This document shows, one piece after another, positions 23,952 to 39,769 of a stretch of 46,259 bases of DNA; position 1 is the first letter of the stretch, and every line of letters begins with the position of its first letter. The DNA comes from Paraspadella gotoi. Taxonomy: Eukaryota > Animalia > Chaetognatha. The notes under the pieces are model-generated. The model was not told where the DNA came from, made no database searches, and was given only the letters and a program-made list of their open reading frames with translations. A program made the position numbers and the translations under genes. The DNA is taken from NCBI GenBank assembly GCA_051294375.1, contig CM119270.1:10728274-10774532 (forward strand). The letters are read 5' to 3'.

Positions 23952-26684
23952 CTATAAGCGTTATGTGTTTGAGACCGTGAAATGACTCTTGAAGGCGCGT
24001 GGGAAATAGATATTGAAATCTAATGGGGAGAGCGGATCGGAGAGAGGAGGAGAGAGGAAATAAGAGGAAATAGACAAAAACCATAGAATTAAAGTAATTA
24101 CAAAATTAAAAATGGAAAAGGCACGTGTACCAATCCCCCCTCATTAGGCAATTTTAAAATCTTTATATTTTGGCTAACCAATGTTTTATTTTTTATACCA
24201 CAACTCCTCTTATTTTACATAAAAGAACCGAAAAGAGGGTCCTATGGCAACAGCCGGGGTTTGCCTGTGATGCCCATTGGGATGGCATCTCACTGTTGGC
24301 TTTGGGGGCTTCCGACCCTCAGTGACGCCTCCAGTCACTGGCGCGGTTCCCTAGGACGGTCTCGCTTTGCCAACGCGAGGGATGTCGTAGGACTGGTGGT
24401 GGAACACTACGCCTGGGGTGGTGTGTTCCCCTCTGAGCCAATGAGATTTGCTGAGGGGATGTGGACACATGAGGCGGTGTGAATATACCGCCACAGTCCN
24501 NNNNNNNNNNNNNNNNNNNNNNNNTTTGTTTTTTCCCTTATTCCCCTCACATCCAACGACTGGCGGCCTCTGCTTTCAGTCGACGACCCGAAGAGTCGCC
24601 GCTGTCCCTGTCGTCGCCTCTCATCTCCCATCTTGTTTATTATTCTTTTCCCATAAAAAGACAAAAGGGAAAAAAAGTGATGTAGATAGAGAAGAGAGAA
24701 AAATATAGATGAGACCAGGAGGACATGAGTATGAATGAAAGAAAGTATGAAAGAAAGAATGAAAGAAAGTAGTATAAAAGGAAGAAAGTAAGAAAGCAAA
24801 AGATTGTATAATTATAAAAAAGATAGAAACAAACTATAAATAAAATCAATAGAGGGGAAAACTAGGATTTGAAAAAAAAAAACGAGATGAGAAGAAACGA
24901 GAAAAATATTTTTTTTCGCTCCACGTGAAGCATCATTGATGCCCCATATTTTCACTCTCACACCTCAATGAGCCGAGAAACCCGGTGCGGAAAAGATTAC
25001 CCATTCGTCTCCTCCGGGGCGAACATTGGTTTTTTTCTTCTACTTTCTCGTTTTTCCTCTTCTACAATTTCTTTCTTTCCTCCTTTCCTTCTTTTAATAT
25101 TGACTTTTCCCTTTTTCTCTTTCTACCTTTCCTTCCTTCCTTATTTCTTTTCTCCTTTCATTCTTTACTATTTTTCTACTTTCCCTTTTCTTTCCCCTTT
25201 CTTTCTTTCCTCTTTTAGCGCCATCCCGTCCTTTATCTATCCCGCCTACCTTTTCTTTTTCTTGGCATTTGGGTCCTTAATTCTCATTCGACCCCCTTCA
25301 GTTTCTCATTTTTCCCCATTTTATACTTATTACTTTATTCTTCTACTTTATCCCTTTTCTTTCCTCTATTTCATTCCTTCTCCTACTCACTTCTCTTCGT
25401 CCTTTTTTCTTTTCAATTTTCAATTACCTCTTCAGTCTTAACCTTTTTCTTCACCTCCATCTTTAGTTTTTTTCCTTTTTTAAAAACTTCTTCCTCAATT
25501 CCATTTTCTCCTCGACTTTTCTTCATACTTCATTGGCGCCTCCTCCTCTTCATACTCGTCCATCCACCTGTTATTTCACCCGTTGAAATCCCGGCGCCGC
25601 CAACTTTTTTCTTTTTTTTTTCTTTATTTTTTCTTTTATTGCATGAATTTTTTTTTCTTTTCAACGAAGCGAATGCCACGTTGCACTTATAAAATATATG
25701 AAGAAGAAGAAGTAAAGATTCAGAATAAGAAAAAGAACAAGAAAAAAAATATAAGAGAAAGATGTAGACGATGTAAAAAACTCCAAGTTCGCCGGATCCA
25801 TCATCCAATTTTTTTCCTTTCTTCATTCTTTCCGTGATTCAGCCTTGACTCTCTCCTCCTCCTCCTCCTCCTCCTCCTCCTCCTGTGATGGAACGCCTTC
25901 CCACTCATATTCCTGCCGAGAAACTTTTTTCTTATCTCCCTTCCGGAATCTCCGAGTGAAATATACCTGCCTCCTCCTCAAGGCGTTTTTTCCCTCTCAG
26001 TATGGATTACCCACCGAGAGGCCGGAATTCCTCATTTCTCGGAAATGGTCCGGCTCCGGGTCTTGATAATCTCGCGTCCGCCAGCGGGATTCCAGTTTTA
26101 AATTACGACACTGGATAATGTCATCGTCTGAAAATTAAAGATTGTTCTTTTGTCTTTATAAAACTAACAAGCGAATTCTCCTTCGACTGACTTTAATTAA
26201 AACGCATTCGACATTCCTCGAGTTTTCCTCCCTCTCTGCCCGCCTCTCTCTCGACTTGTCCCATCTGTCTTTTTCCGCGGCTTCCATCGGCATGGGCGAC
26301 GAATTCCATCTGTTCTTTCCATTTCTTCCGCATCCGACTTTCCTTCCATCTTCTGCCTTCTTCATTGGCATTCATCCGTCGAGTATTCCGCGACTTTGTC
26401 GATTCCTTTGTCGCATTCTAACTTTTTTATGCAATTTTGTCCGCCACTTTTTTTCGTCATTTTTACAGATTTTTTTCTACTTTTTCTTGCTTCCTCTTCC
26501 GTTTCTTTTCCTCGTTCCTCATTCTTTGTTTAACTTACCTTCTCTATTTCCCGCTTGCACTTTTCTCCGTCACATCTTTTCTTTTCCTTCGTTTCTTTCC
26601 TTCATTTTCCTCCCACGTTTGCCTCCTAATTTTTCTTTTCTTTTTGGTTCCCAATCCTTCGTACACCTTTCTCATTTACCACCG
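23951..26684 (+). repeat. Left arm of large inverted repeat / forward copy of GA-bounded unit
   Basis: Begins ACTATAAGCG directly after (GA)n. 24350-26684 is the reverse complement of 28498-30760, and 23951-24320 of 31520-31892. Confidence 0.9.
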
Positions 26685-26726
26685 TCTCCTTTTTGAATCA
26701 TATATCAAATAACCAGAAAATCTTGT

Positions 26727-26730
<4 letters not shown>

Positions 26731-26815
<85 letters not shown>
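26731..26815. repeat. (GA)n microsatellite
   Basis: Perfect run of about 42 units. Confidence 0.97.
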
Positions 26816-26818
<3 letters not shown>

Positions 26819-27044
26819 AGAGAGAAAGATCTAAAACGGAACATTAAGTTAATTTTTGGTAATAAAATTATATGGATAAAGTATTTTTTGCTGTGTTAAC
26901 CATACCTCACTTTTTTCATTTTTTTTAAAACTGGCGACAGCGAGCGAGGCCCTCATTTTGGCTAATAGTCCCAAAAAATGGGTCATGTCTGAGTAGACGA
27001 ACAAAAGAAAAATTGAACGTAAATACTGAGCGCGGCATTCAAGG

Positions 27045-27248
27045 ATGGCGTCTCTGTTCGTTGACCCAAAAAACCCAAAAGTCAAACCGCAAAAAAAAAA
27101 AAAAAAAAAAAAAACGCTGGAGCCAGGAATTGCGGGCGTGGCCGACTCTTTGTTACGCTTCGGCTTCTCTCGTGCTGCTTTGTCGAAGATGCGGCAACAA
27201 TGGGGTGCAGCTTCTTCTTCACTTGAGCTTCTTCTTTTAAGATTTTGA
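27045..27248 (+). CDS. Possible 67-aa basic orphan ORF with poly-Lys tract
   Basis: MASLFVDPKNPKVKPQKKKKKKKTLEPGIAGVADSLLRFGFSRAALSKMRQQW..; good ATG context (AGGATGG); GC-richer than flanks. The frame depends on the length of a long A-run. Confidence 0.25.
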   Translation: MASLFVDPKNPKVKPQKKKKKKKTLEPGIAGVADSLLRFGFSRAALSKMRQQWGAASSSLELLLLRF

Positions 27249-28015
27249 TATTTAATGATTTAGACTCAGTGTTTCACATTTTTTACACCTATTAGGCTAT
27301 TTGCTTTTGTATGGTTTGTTTTTTTTTGTTTAAAAATGTTTTTCTTGTATCTTTTTCTTTTTTATTTTTCTTTTTACTTTCCTCCAAGTTAAAAAGTTAA
27401 AAAGGACGTTCAACACCAAACGCTTTAAAAAGTTGGAGCCGCAAAAATTTTCTCCGTCAAACCTTCGCCTCTATTTTTCTACTTCTTAGAAATTTTTTCC
27501 TTACAATATTTTGAAAGGTTTCTAAACGCTTTCTTGTTCAATGGTTTAAAAATTATTTTAACAATTTTTATCTTTGTTGGTTTTTCTTTCATTTCGTTGG
27601 TAAAAGATTTAATAGAACAAAATTTGGATTATGTTCTAATAAATATTTGATAAATATGCACTGATGAAGAACGAAATGACGTTCGAAATATGTCTGCCAA
27701 TAATAAATAGATTCGTGTTGAAAATCTAAATTTTGTTCTTTTAAAACAATTTTTATCGAATTTAAGTATTACTATTACTAGATAACTATGAATTCGGTTT
27801 TACAACTCAAACGTATATATATTTTCTTGTGAGTGAGACGAAAGGCGCCATTCAGGCTCAAGTTCTCAATTTCGCGATAAATTGACGACAAAAGAAACGA
27901 GAATAAAAAATAATAATTTCCACGTAACACATATTTAAAAGAGAAGGTTATGAGTTCCTTCTCTCACTCCTCGCAGCCGGTAATTTTGTTCTCTTTTCCA
28001 TTTCTCATTTCGATT

Positions 28016-31892
<3,877 letters not shown>

Positions 31893-31967
31893 CTGCCCTC
31901 TCGCTCTCTCTCCTGACTCTCTCTCTCTCTCTCTTCTCTCTCTTTCTCTCTCTCTCTCTAACCTCGT

Positions 31968-32376
31968 CGCACGCGATTTTTCGTTTCCTTTGGAATCGTT
32001 CCCCGAGCCCCCCCAACGCGCACGAAGAAGAAATCCACCATGAACACTTCCGCCTTTGGTCTTTTTTATATAATTTTTTCTCTCTTTCACTTCATACTTT
32101 CTCTTTTCCTACATTCTTTCTTCCTATTTTTCGTTTTTTACGCCTTTCGCATGAAAAAGACTTGTATTGCGGAATTTTACCAGGGAAGGACGAGAGAGAC
32201 GTGTAATGTAACCGAAGCGGGGAAGAGGGAAACGAAGAAGAGGTGGAGAGGCAAAATAATAAAAGGCGGCGAAAAAAAAGAACAAGCAAAAATGTTAAAA
32301 GAACAATGAATGAGAGTTGACTGGCCAAGAATTCCCGTCCAAAAACGGGCAGGAATCCTTATTGAAATATTAGTAA
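31968..32376 (-). repeat. Direct repeat of 28141-28490 (start of a further tandem copy)
   Basis: CGCGATTTT..GAAATCCACCATGAA..GCATGAAAA(A)GACTTGTATTGCGG..GAGAGTTGACTGG..GGAATCCTT(T)ATTGAAATAT occurs in both. Confidence 0.85.
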
Positions 32377-32494
32377 TAGGGGACAGAGGAGAGAGAGATG
32401 AGATATGAAGGACGAGAAGACGAGACGAGAGAAGAGAGAGAGAGAGAGCAGAGAGGCAGAGAGACGAGAGAGAGAGGCAGAGACGAGACGAGAG

Positions 32495-32630
32495 AAGGGG
32501 GCGGGAGACGTGGAGAGAGCAAGCGTGAAATGATAGTCAAATTGGCGAAAAATATGGTAAATTAAAGAAAAAAATTGAATGAAACTGAGAACGACAAATG
32601 GAGGAGAAAAGAAATACTTCGGAAGAGAGA
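32495..32630 (+). repeat. Direct repeat of about 34048-34170
   Basis: GGGAGACGTG..AGCGTGAA..GCGAAAAATATGGTAAATTAA..AACTGAGAA..AAAAGAAATA occurs in both. Confidence 0.75.
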
Positions 32631-32632
32631 GA

Positions 32633-32670
<38 letters not shown>

Positions 32671-33066
32671 CGAGACGAGAGAGAGAAGAGAGAGAAGCGA
32701 AAAGATAGAGAAAGAGAGAAGCAGAGACGAGAGAGAGGAGGAAACTCTTTACAAAAATTTTTTTCGAAAGAACTTATAAAAGAAGGAAAGTAGAAAAGGA
32801 GGACCGCAGAAAATTTAGGATTCGGTTAAATGAGAACGGAGCAACGTTTATATAAAGAGACTCCAGCATATGAAAAGAATAGGAGAGAGAGAGCGAGAAA
32901 AGATAAAGGAAAAGGGAAAAAAGAAAAATGGAAAAAGAGAGNNNNNNNNNNNNNNNNNNNNNNNNNAATAGGGGGACAGAGGAGAGAGAGAGAGAGAGAT
33001 GAGAGAGGAAGAGAGAGAGAGGAGATGAGAGGAGGCGAGAGAGAGAGAGAGAGAGAAAGGAGTTCA

Positions 33067-34037
33067 TATACTCAGCTCTTCCGTACGCAGGCCGTGTACA
33101 CGAGCAGCGGCGCTGCGGCTGCCGACGGACTCACTTCTCCTTCGGGTTCTTCCGCTCGGATCGGGGAGATTTTCTCTCTCTCGATAGTGAGTGGCGCTTT
33201 CTTCCGGTCGATGTCGAAGCGGATCGAGCCGGTCTCTCTCTCTCTGTCTCTCTTCTCCCTCTCTCTTTTACTCTCTTTCTTGCTTTCTCACTCTTCTATT
33301 TCTTTCTGTTTTTTTTCTCTTTAAATGTAACCTATTGTCATTAATCTCACTTTTTATTTTTTAATCTTACATGTTTATTACAATAAATAAAACTACATTT
33401 TTTAAAAAAATATTTCCAACCTTTATATGTTTTTATAATAAAATATAATATATATAAAAAATATAATCTCATTTTGTATTTCGTTATCTTTTGTGTCTGT
33501 TTCATTTTTTATGGCAATCAAAAAGGACAACTCCAGCCTTAAGAACTCAAGAACTACATCTTCTCATTTTATTGTTTAAAAGAAAATGTTGTGAAGAGAA
33601 AGCAAATTTTAATTAGTTTAGCTGCTTTTAAAATTTAACACAATGTCAATAATTTTACTTAATTTTAATTGTTTTAATTTTATCTTTTATTTGACTTTTT
33701 CTTTCTTTTCTTTCTTTCGAATATCTGAAATGACCCTACAATCACATATATTTTCAAAAAAGCATTATCTCTTAAAAAAGACTCCATAATCGATCCGCTG
33801 GAGGCAGAGAGAAGAGATTCCGGTGGTGACGGAGGGTAGGAGAGAGAAAAGAGTAAGTTATCGCTTGCGGCTCCGATCGGAGTCGACTTTGCAGCCCGGC
33901 GCGGTTCCGGGAGATAAGGAGAAGAAGAGGAGAGGAGTAAATATAGCCGAGCGAAGTAAGTCGAGCAGGAGCAGCCGCTCGGGCCGCCGCGGCGCTGCTC
34001 CCGGACTTTTGGCGCTGGATACGAGGTCCTGAGTATA
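33067..34037. mobile_element. Candidate foldback/MITE-like insert with diverged GC-rich terminal inverted repeats and AT-rich core
   Basis: TATACTCAG (33067) / CTGAGTATA (34029), followed inward by colinear inverted matches (GAGCAGCG, CGCTCGG, AGCGGATCGA). Missing from the related segment 32375-32630. Confidence 0.4.
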
Positions 34038-34249
34038 GCCTGCGAGAGAAGGGGGGGGAGACGTGAGAGAGAGCGTGAATGTAGTAATTGCGAAAAATAT
34101 GGTAAATTAAGAAGAAAAGATTGAAATAACTGAGAAGAAATAGGAAAAAGAAATATAGGAGAAGAGAGAGAGAGGAGAGAGATGAGAGAGGAGAGAGAGA
34201 GAGAGAGAGAGAGTAGAGAAGAGAGAGAGAAGAGTATTCTTCTACGTTT

Positions 34250-34287
<38 letters not shown>

Positions 34288-34842
34288 GAGATGTAGATAA
34301 AGAAGAGATAATGGAGAAAGCACTGGAGCCATTCATCATAAAATGCAAATGAATAAGAGAAAGAAAGAGAGAGATACAGAGGGAGAGAGAGAGAGACTTA
34401 ATATTGTGGAGAGGGCAAGAGCCCTAGTGATGAGCGAGTGGGGATGAGGAAGAAGAAATATTCGATGAAGCTCTTAAGAAAAGAAGGAGAATGAAAAGGA
34501 AAAGGAAAGGAAGGAAAAATATGGAAAAAAAGGAAAAGAAAGAAGAAAAAGAGAAAAATAGAGAATAAAGAAAATGAGGCGGAAGATTTTTTTTTTTTCG
34601 TTTGAGAGAACATGGATATCGACCTGATGAGTCCGATATGCTAATTTATTATAGTGATTCATATCAGTACACGTAGACTACGATCTTCCTTTAAATTCCG
34701 TCTTTTAGATATTTATATTAAAAAAAATATTCTTGTTCAAAATTTCAAATATTAAATGTACTTCCTTTTAACGCGCAATTTGAAAAATAAAATACATACG
34801 CAATATTAAAAGCAAATTAATGTTACATGAAGAGGTTTGTGA

Positions 34843-34938
34843 ACGTGCGAACGGGTTGGTACCATATTGTTGGTACGTGCGAACGCGTGGGCACAATATT
34901 GTGTCTGCGTGCGAGGACGTGGGCACCATATCGCGCTT
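34843..34938. repeat. Three imperfect 32-bp tandem repeats with palindromic cores
   Basis: ACGTGCGAACGGGTTGGTACCATATTGTTGGT / ACGTGCGAACGCGTGGGCACAATATTGTGTCT / GCGTGCGAGGACGTGGGCACCATATCGCGCTT; perfect CACAATATTGTG at 34892-34903. Confidence 0.8.
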
Positions 34939-35388
34939 CGTCTGCGGGTCTCACGCTCATTCTTCTATTTCCCCTCAAATCAAATAAGAACGAGGGCGAT
35001 AAAGCTTTCTCAAGGATTTTTTCACCGTGAAGGAATGTGAGAAATGAAGAGAGAGAGAAGAGAGGAGAAGACTGAGAGAGAGAAGGAGAGGCAGAGAGAG
35101 AGGAGAGAGAGATAGAGAGAGAGAGAGGAAAGAGGAATGGAAAGGCTGTGAAGAGAGACTTTGATTTAAGAAAGAGAGAATGAGAATGCTTGAGATTAAA
35201 TCCAGGATCGCCGACGCAAATGGGATTCTTGCTTTTTTTAATATTTTTAATATCAAAGATATGCGGTGCAATAGTAATTGTATTTAGTATGAGATCGCGG
35301 TGGAAAATTTGAACCCGAAAATATGAGCTCAAATTAGTCGTTTTATAATTAGAACTCGGAGGTGAGGAGAGAAAGATGAAGGAAAATA

Positions 35389-35687
35389 GGACGACGACGA
35401 CGACGACGACGAACTGAGGGAGTCACTTGAAGTGGGAGGAAGCAGATTAATGGAGGTGAAGGATGAGGCTGCACCAAGGACAAAGCGACGACGACGACGA
35501 CGACGACGATGACGCAGACGACGACGAAAACTTTATGAAGCCCACGCAGATTTTTTTTCTCGTTGATCGTCTGAAAGTTGCTGAAAGATTACGGGAAATT
35601 TACGCCATGACTTTGCGATGTCAACAAAATGATAAAAGCGGCAACTCCCGCAAGGGTGGAAATCTTATGAGAAAAAATGGTTTTTAA
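35389..35687 (+). pseudogene. Acidic, (GAC)n-containing coding-like fragment
   Basis: Two (GAC)n tracts read as poly-Asp: DDDDDDELRESLEVGGSRLMEVKDEAAP, then after a frameshift SDDDDDDDDDADDDENFMKPTQIFFLVDRLKVAERLREIYAMTLRCQ. Confidence 0.3.
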
Positions 35688-35972
35688 AGGACGAAGGATG
35701 TGGCGAAGAAATTTAGAAACTCGCAGTCATTGCGTGAGCAGGAATTGAAGACATGGCATTGAAAGTGTACTCTGGGATTAGGTGAGTGGCAAGGGTGGTG
35801 AAAACGAGGTAAGTGATAATTGCTGTGAACCAGATCGGCAGCGTGTGGAAGGCGGAACCCGGGGGGAGAATCGGTTTAGTTCCCGAATCCGAAAAGAATC
35901 GCGAAGATCCAGTTTTTTAATCCCATTTTCCATTCCAACTCTCTTTCACTCCCTCTCTCTCTCTTTCTTTCC

Positions 35973-36007
<35 letters not shown>

Positions 36008-36599
36008 TTTCTCTCTCTCGCTCTGTCTCTCTCTCTCTCTCTCTCCCCTTTTTCTTTCTCGGTCCGAATGAAAATGAAAAAGGGCCCGTTTTCCAAATAA
36101 TTAGGGAAAGGAGGGAAAAAAGCTAAATTAAAGAATGAGAAACCAGGAGGAAAGAGATTGANNNNNNNNNNNNNNNNNNNNNNNNNAAGAGAGAGAAATA
36201 TATGAGCGTGAGGGATGCGATTAAACAATAGAAAAATTAGTGGAGATAGAAGTCGCAAATAAGCTTAGAATGTAACTCGGTCCACGACCTAAGTAGGCCG
36301 AAATGAAATCTCCCGGGACAATGCCACGTCAACATTTGAAGCTGAAGACTTTCTCGCGCCGATGCCAGTCCCCCTGTGTATAATATCTCGTACTCTCAGC
36401 TACTGTTCAGCAGAACTATGTTATGCGGATCTAAGGGTGATACCGCATTAAGGTGAAGGATAGAGAGAGGGGCGGCGGGAGAGGCGCGGCGTTGCTTTCT
36501 GCCTCCGGGGTTTTACGCTTTCTTGCGCCCCTTGTGCGTAATTTCCATTTTTCCCTCGGTTGGTGTTGCGTACCTTGAGATTTCCCACGGCCTTTTTCA

Positions 36600-37205
36600 A
36601 TGATATGTTTTCCTACCATTGGCTTGTGGCTCGCCTCCGGTGCCCCCTTTAGGCCACATGGCTGCACCCGCTTCATACTTATCCATTTGGCAGAGACTCC
36701 CGCGGGCGCCACACCACCGAGGGGAGCGACCTCGAAGGAGCACCCGGCGACGCATCCCCGAATCGGCCACCACGACTCCCCCCAAGCTGTGGCAACCCCA
36801 CGTGATGCATATTCATTCCGACCCCGCCCGGTTGCCCGTGTCCCCAGTGGTACCCAGGCCGCTGTTTCCCCCCAGACATCCCACCCCCACCCCCCACCCA
36901 CCACCCTCCACCCACACCAACCATGCACGACCCCGTCGCTTCTCACAGGCGCCCGCAGACCGGCGCGTGTTTCGGATGCTAACCAAGGGACTCGTTTCCC
37001 GTTTCTCCCCGCTTTCTTCCACGGGCCCTACAACATGGGGAAAAACATGCCTTTGTCTCGTCGAAGCGGCGATGGCCTTGTATGTTCGCTTCCAATTCCT
37101 AACAACGTCCTGTCCCCGTTTCAGTCGGGCGATGCTACTTTTCGCTGCAAAACGAACTACATCTTCCTTTTGTCGTTCTCCAGCTTATGCAACTCAATGA
37201 CCTGA
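36600..37205 (+). pseudogene. GC-rich coding-like region with a near-Walker-A motif (possible P-loop NTPase remnant)
   Basis: Two overlapping approx. 200-aa ORFs. Frame A gives PAFFHGPYNMGK; removing one A from the run at 37041-37045 continues into frame B as TCLCLVEAAMAL, giving GxxxxGKT. Confidence 0.3.
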
Positions 37206-39769
37206 CAAAAGGACGACGACTTAACCTGACAACTATTGGCCGAAATGCGTGAGAGAAAATCTAAAAGTAGGTCGACATAACTAATGTCGGCTAAAAGGGA
37301 TAAATAAAGAAAACGAGGCAGACCATAATATTTAACGGACAACCTAAATAAGCATGACACATTTAGTTTTACAATGATTCATTAAATTCAAATGATAATA
37401 CTTCCACGTGTCACAAACATTTCGTCATCCTGTTATAATTCAGTCGCATTCAGTTTTAGTTATATCTAGATTAATCTCGTACTCATCTGAATCCTTTTTC
37501 AGCTTTAGCTTATCTCTTCCTTCCTTTTGCGTATTTCATTTCGACACCTTCTATGCTTTCACTCTTCTCTACAATCCTCATCTGCTTTGCTAGGGAGTCG
37601 AGTCTTTTCAAATACGAGATACTACCAGTATTCGACGATTTTTTTCTTCTCTTTTCAACAAAAGAATTCAGGTTCAAAGGCGAAAAAGAAGGGGTGTCGA
37701 TGATAGAGAGGAGAGAGAGAGAGAGAGGGAATTGAATTGAATGAATTGTATTAGGAAACGGGCTTTAGGCTTTGAGAAAAGAGAGAGAGAGAGACGACGT
37801 GCGAACAGAATAAATACGATGAATAAGATCAACCTTAATTTTTTTTACCCTACTTATGATCATTTTACTTCACTCGTCGCCATATTTTGATTTGCAATAA
37901 TCGCTTTACTATAGTTTGCGTTGGTACTGGAGACCTGAGTACGTCTCATGAGGCAACGGCGTCGATGCATAGGATAAATCGCATTGAGTTGAATGGTAAT
38001 TTAATAAATTTCAGCTTCAAGACTTCGATTTGAACATCTTTCTTTAATATCTTTATTTTCTTATTTTTATGCAAAATTACAAAATTTGAATGACAGTTGA
38101 CAAATCGAATTTTTTTCAAATCTCTTAATGGTATTTACTGTATTATTCTAACGCGAATCATAATTTGCAAGTATTTGTCCAGCAAAATGTCAGAAGGATG
38201 GCTTGATTAATCAATGGTCAGACAAGTAAATTCAATGCCAATCTTTATTCTTTTATTTTTATTAGCGTCAAACAAGGCAGAACATCATTTTAACTAGGAA
38301 CAATCGGCGCGTCATTTGTGAAAGTGAACTGAATGAATGAAAATGAATGAAATGCATGTACTAATGAATGAATTAATGAATACTTTTTATTTTCAGATTG
38401 ACTTTTACTGAATGAGGATTGTCTCTGCTAGACGACGCACGGAGGCCTTTGGAGGTATTCGATTGGCGGAGATCGAGATAGGTGTGGGTTGATTGGAACC
38501 CACGTCCCGTGCACTCCAGATAGAGGACGTTCATCCGCGACTGTGATGGGAGGGGAGAGAGAGAGAGAGGAGAGAGAGAAAGAAAGAAAGAAGAAAGAAT
38601 AAATCGTCTCACTAAGCATAATTGTCTGACGATATTTTTGACTCAATATATCGAACAAAAAAGTCATCATTCTCTCAGCATCGAGACAATATATTTCTCT
38701 ACGCACTAGTTTAATAAACATAAAGATAATTTCATCTTTCTGTGAGATGTATTAGAAAAAACATTGTTGTATAGCACATTAGCTCTAATAAATTGTACCT
38801 TGTAGATTTCACTGGGCGAAGCCATTATCCAAAATAAGAATCAATCCAAACACGAGATTTTTAATAAATATCAGAGCGAGCAACATGAGTGGCTATTGGA
38901 AATAAAAGAGCAAGAGAGAGCAGCTACAAGATAGAAATCAAGCTGTAAAAATCAATATTTCAATGATTAGAATATCATTTCAAAAGTTACAAATATTCAC
39001 AGTACTATATGTTCCTGGCAATCTCCTAAAAGTTTCTATTGCTTTATACTTCTTTAAATTTAAATAAGCAATTAAACGACTTCGACTTTTGAGAATATAC
39101 CGAAATTGATCGGAAGTCTCGTCCATCAGATTAAGAACTAAATATGTAACCAATGAAATCATAGATTAGAGAGAGTTGAGAATTTAAAGTAGTAATCAGT
39201 TATTGTAATTCCATATAAAACCGAATATTAATTTCGAAACTATTAAAATTATTTCTAAAACTATTTAACACTTTCCTCAAGAGAAACAGAAACACTACGG
39301 CGGTCTGTGAGACTCTTCTTCTTTCTTCACCGCAAGAATAAAAATACAAACGGTTTTGTTTATCTTTCTCTCTTCTCTTTCTCACTTCTCTTCTCTCCTC
39401 TCATCTCCTCGGTTCCTCCTCTCTCTTTCTCTCTCTCTCTCTCTCCTCATTCTAGATTTCTCTCACTCTCCTTCACTTCCCTCTTTCCTCTTATTCATTT
39501 TTTCTGCCGAGATTCATTATCTCTTCATTGCTGCTCTTCATTCTTTTCCCGTTCAATCCTCTCTTTCTTTTTCAGAATTAGTTCACATTTATTTCATGCG
39601 ACTGATAAATGAGGTTTAGTATTGTTATAAGAGTTTAACAATAAAATGATGAATTGATAGTGCGCGGCTTTATCGGTGTATGTTGAATCCTGCATTTCTG
39701 ATATCAAATTAATTAAGATCGATAATTATTTTTTGCGACAAGTGTCAATTATATAAATATTATTTACAG

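Larger units (their letters stand above)
17280..24283 (+). repeat. Tandem duplication, copy 3 (approx. 7 kb, insertion-rich)
   Basis: 17343 TACATTCAAACAAAGGTTTTT = 10509, then colinear with copy 2 through the ORF, the minisatellite and GCCCATTGGGATG (24271 vs 17225). Differences are mostly single-base indels. Confidence 0.9.

Noticed and set aside
27650-27695. CTGATGA-A-GAAC..GTTC-GAAA hammerhead-like core
   Set aside because: Extra A in the core and no convincing stems I/III; it reads naturally as coding-like ICTDEERNDVRNMSANNK.
34843-34938. CRISPR-like 32-bp repeats
   Set aside because: Units are contiguous with no unique spacers, there are no cas genes, and the context is eukaryotic.
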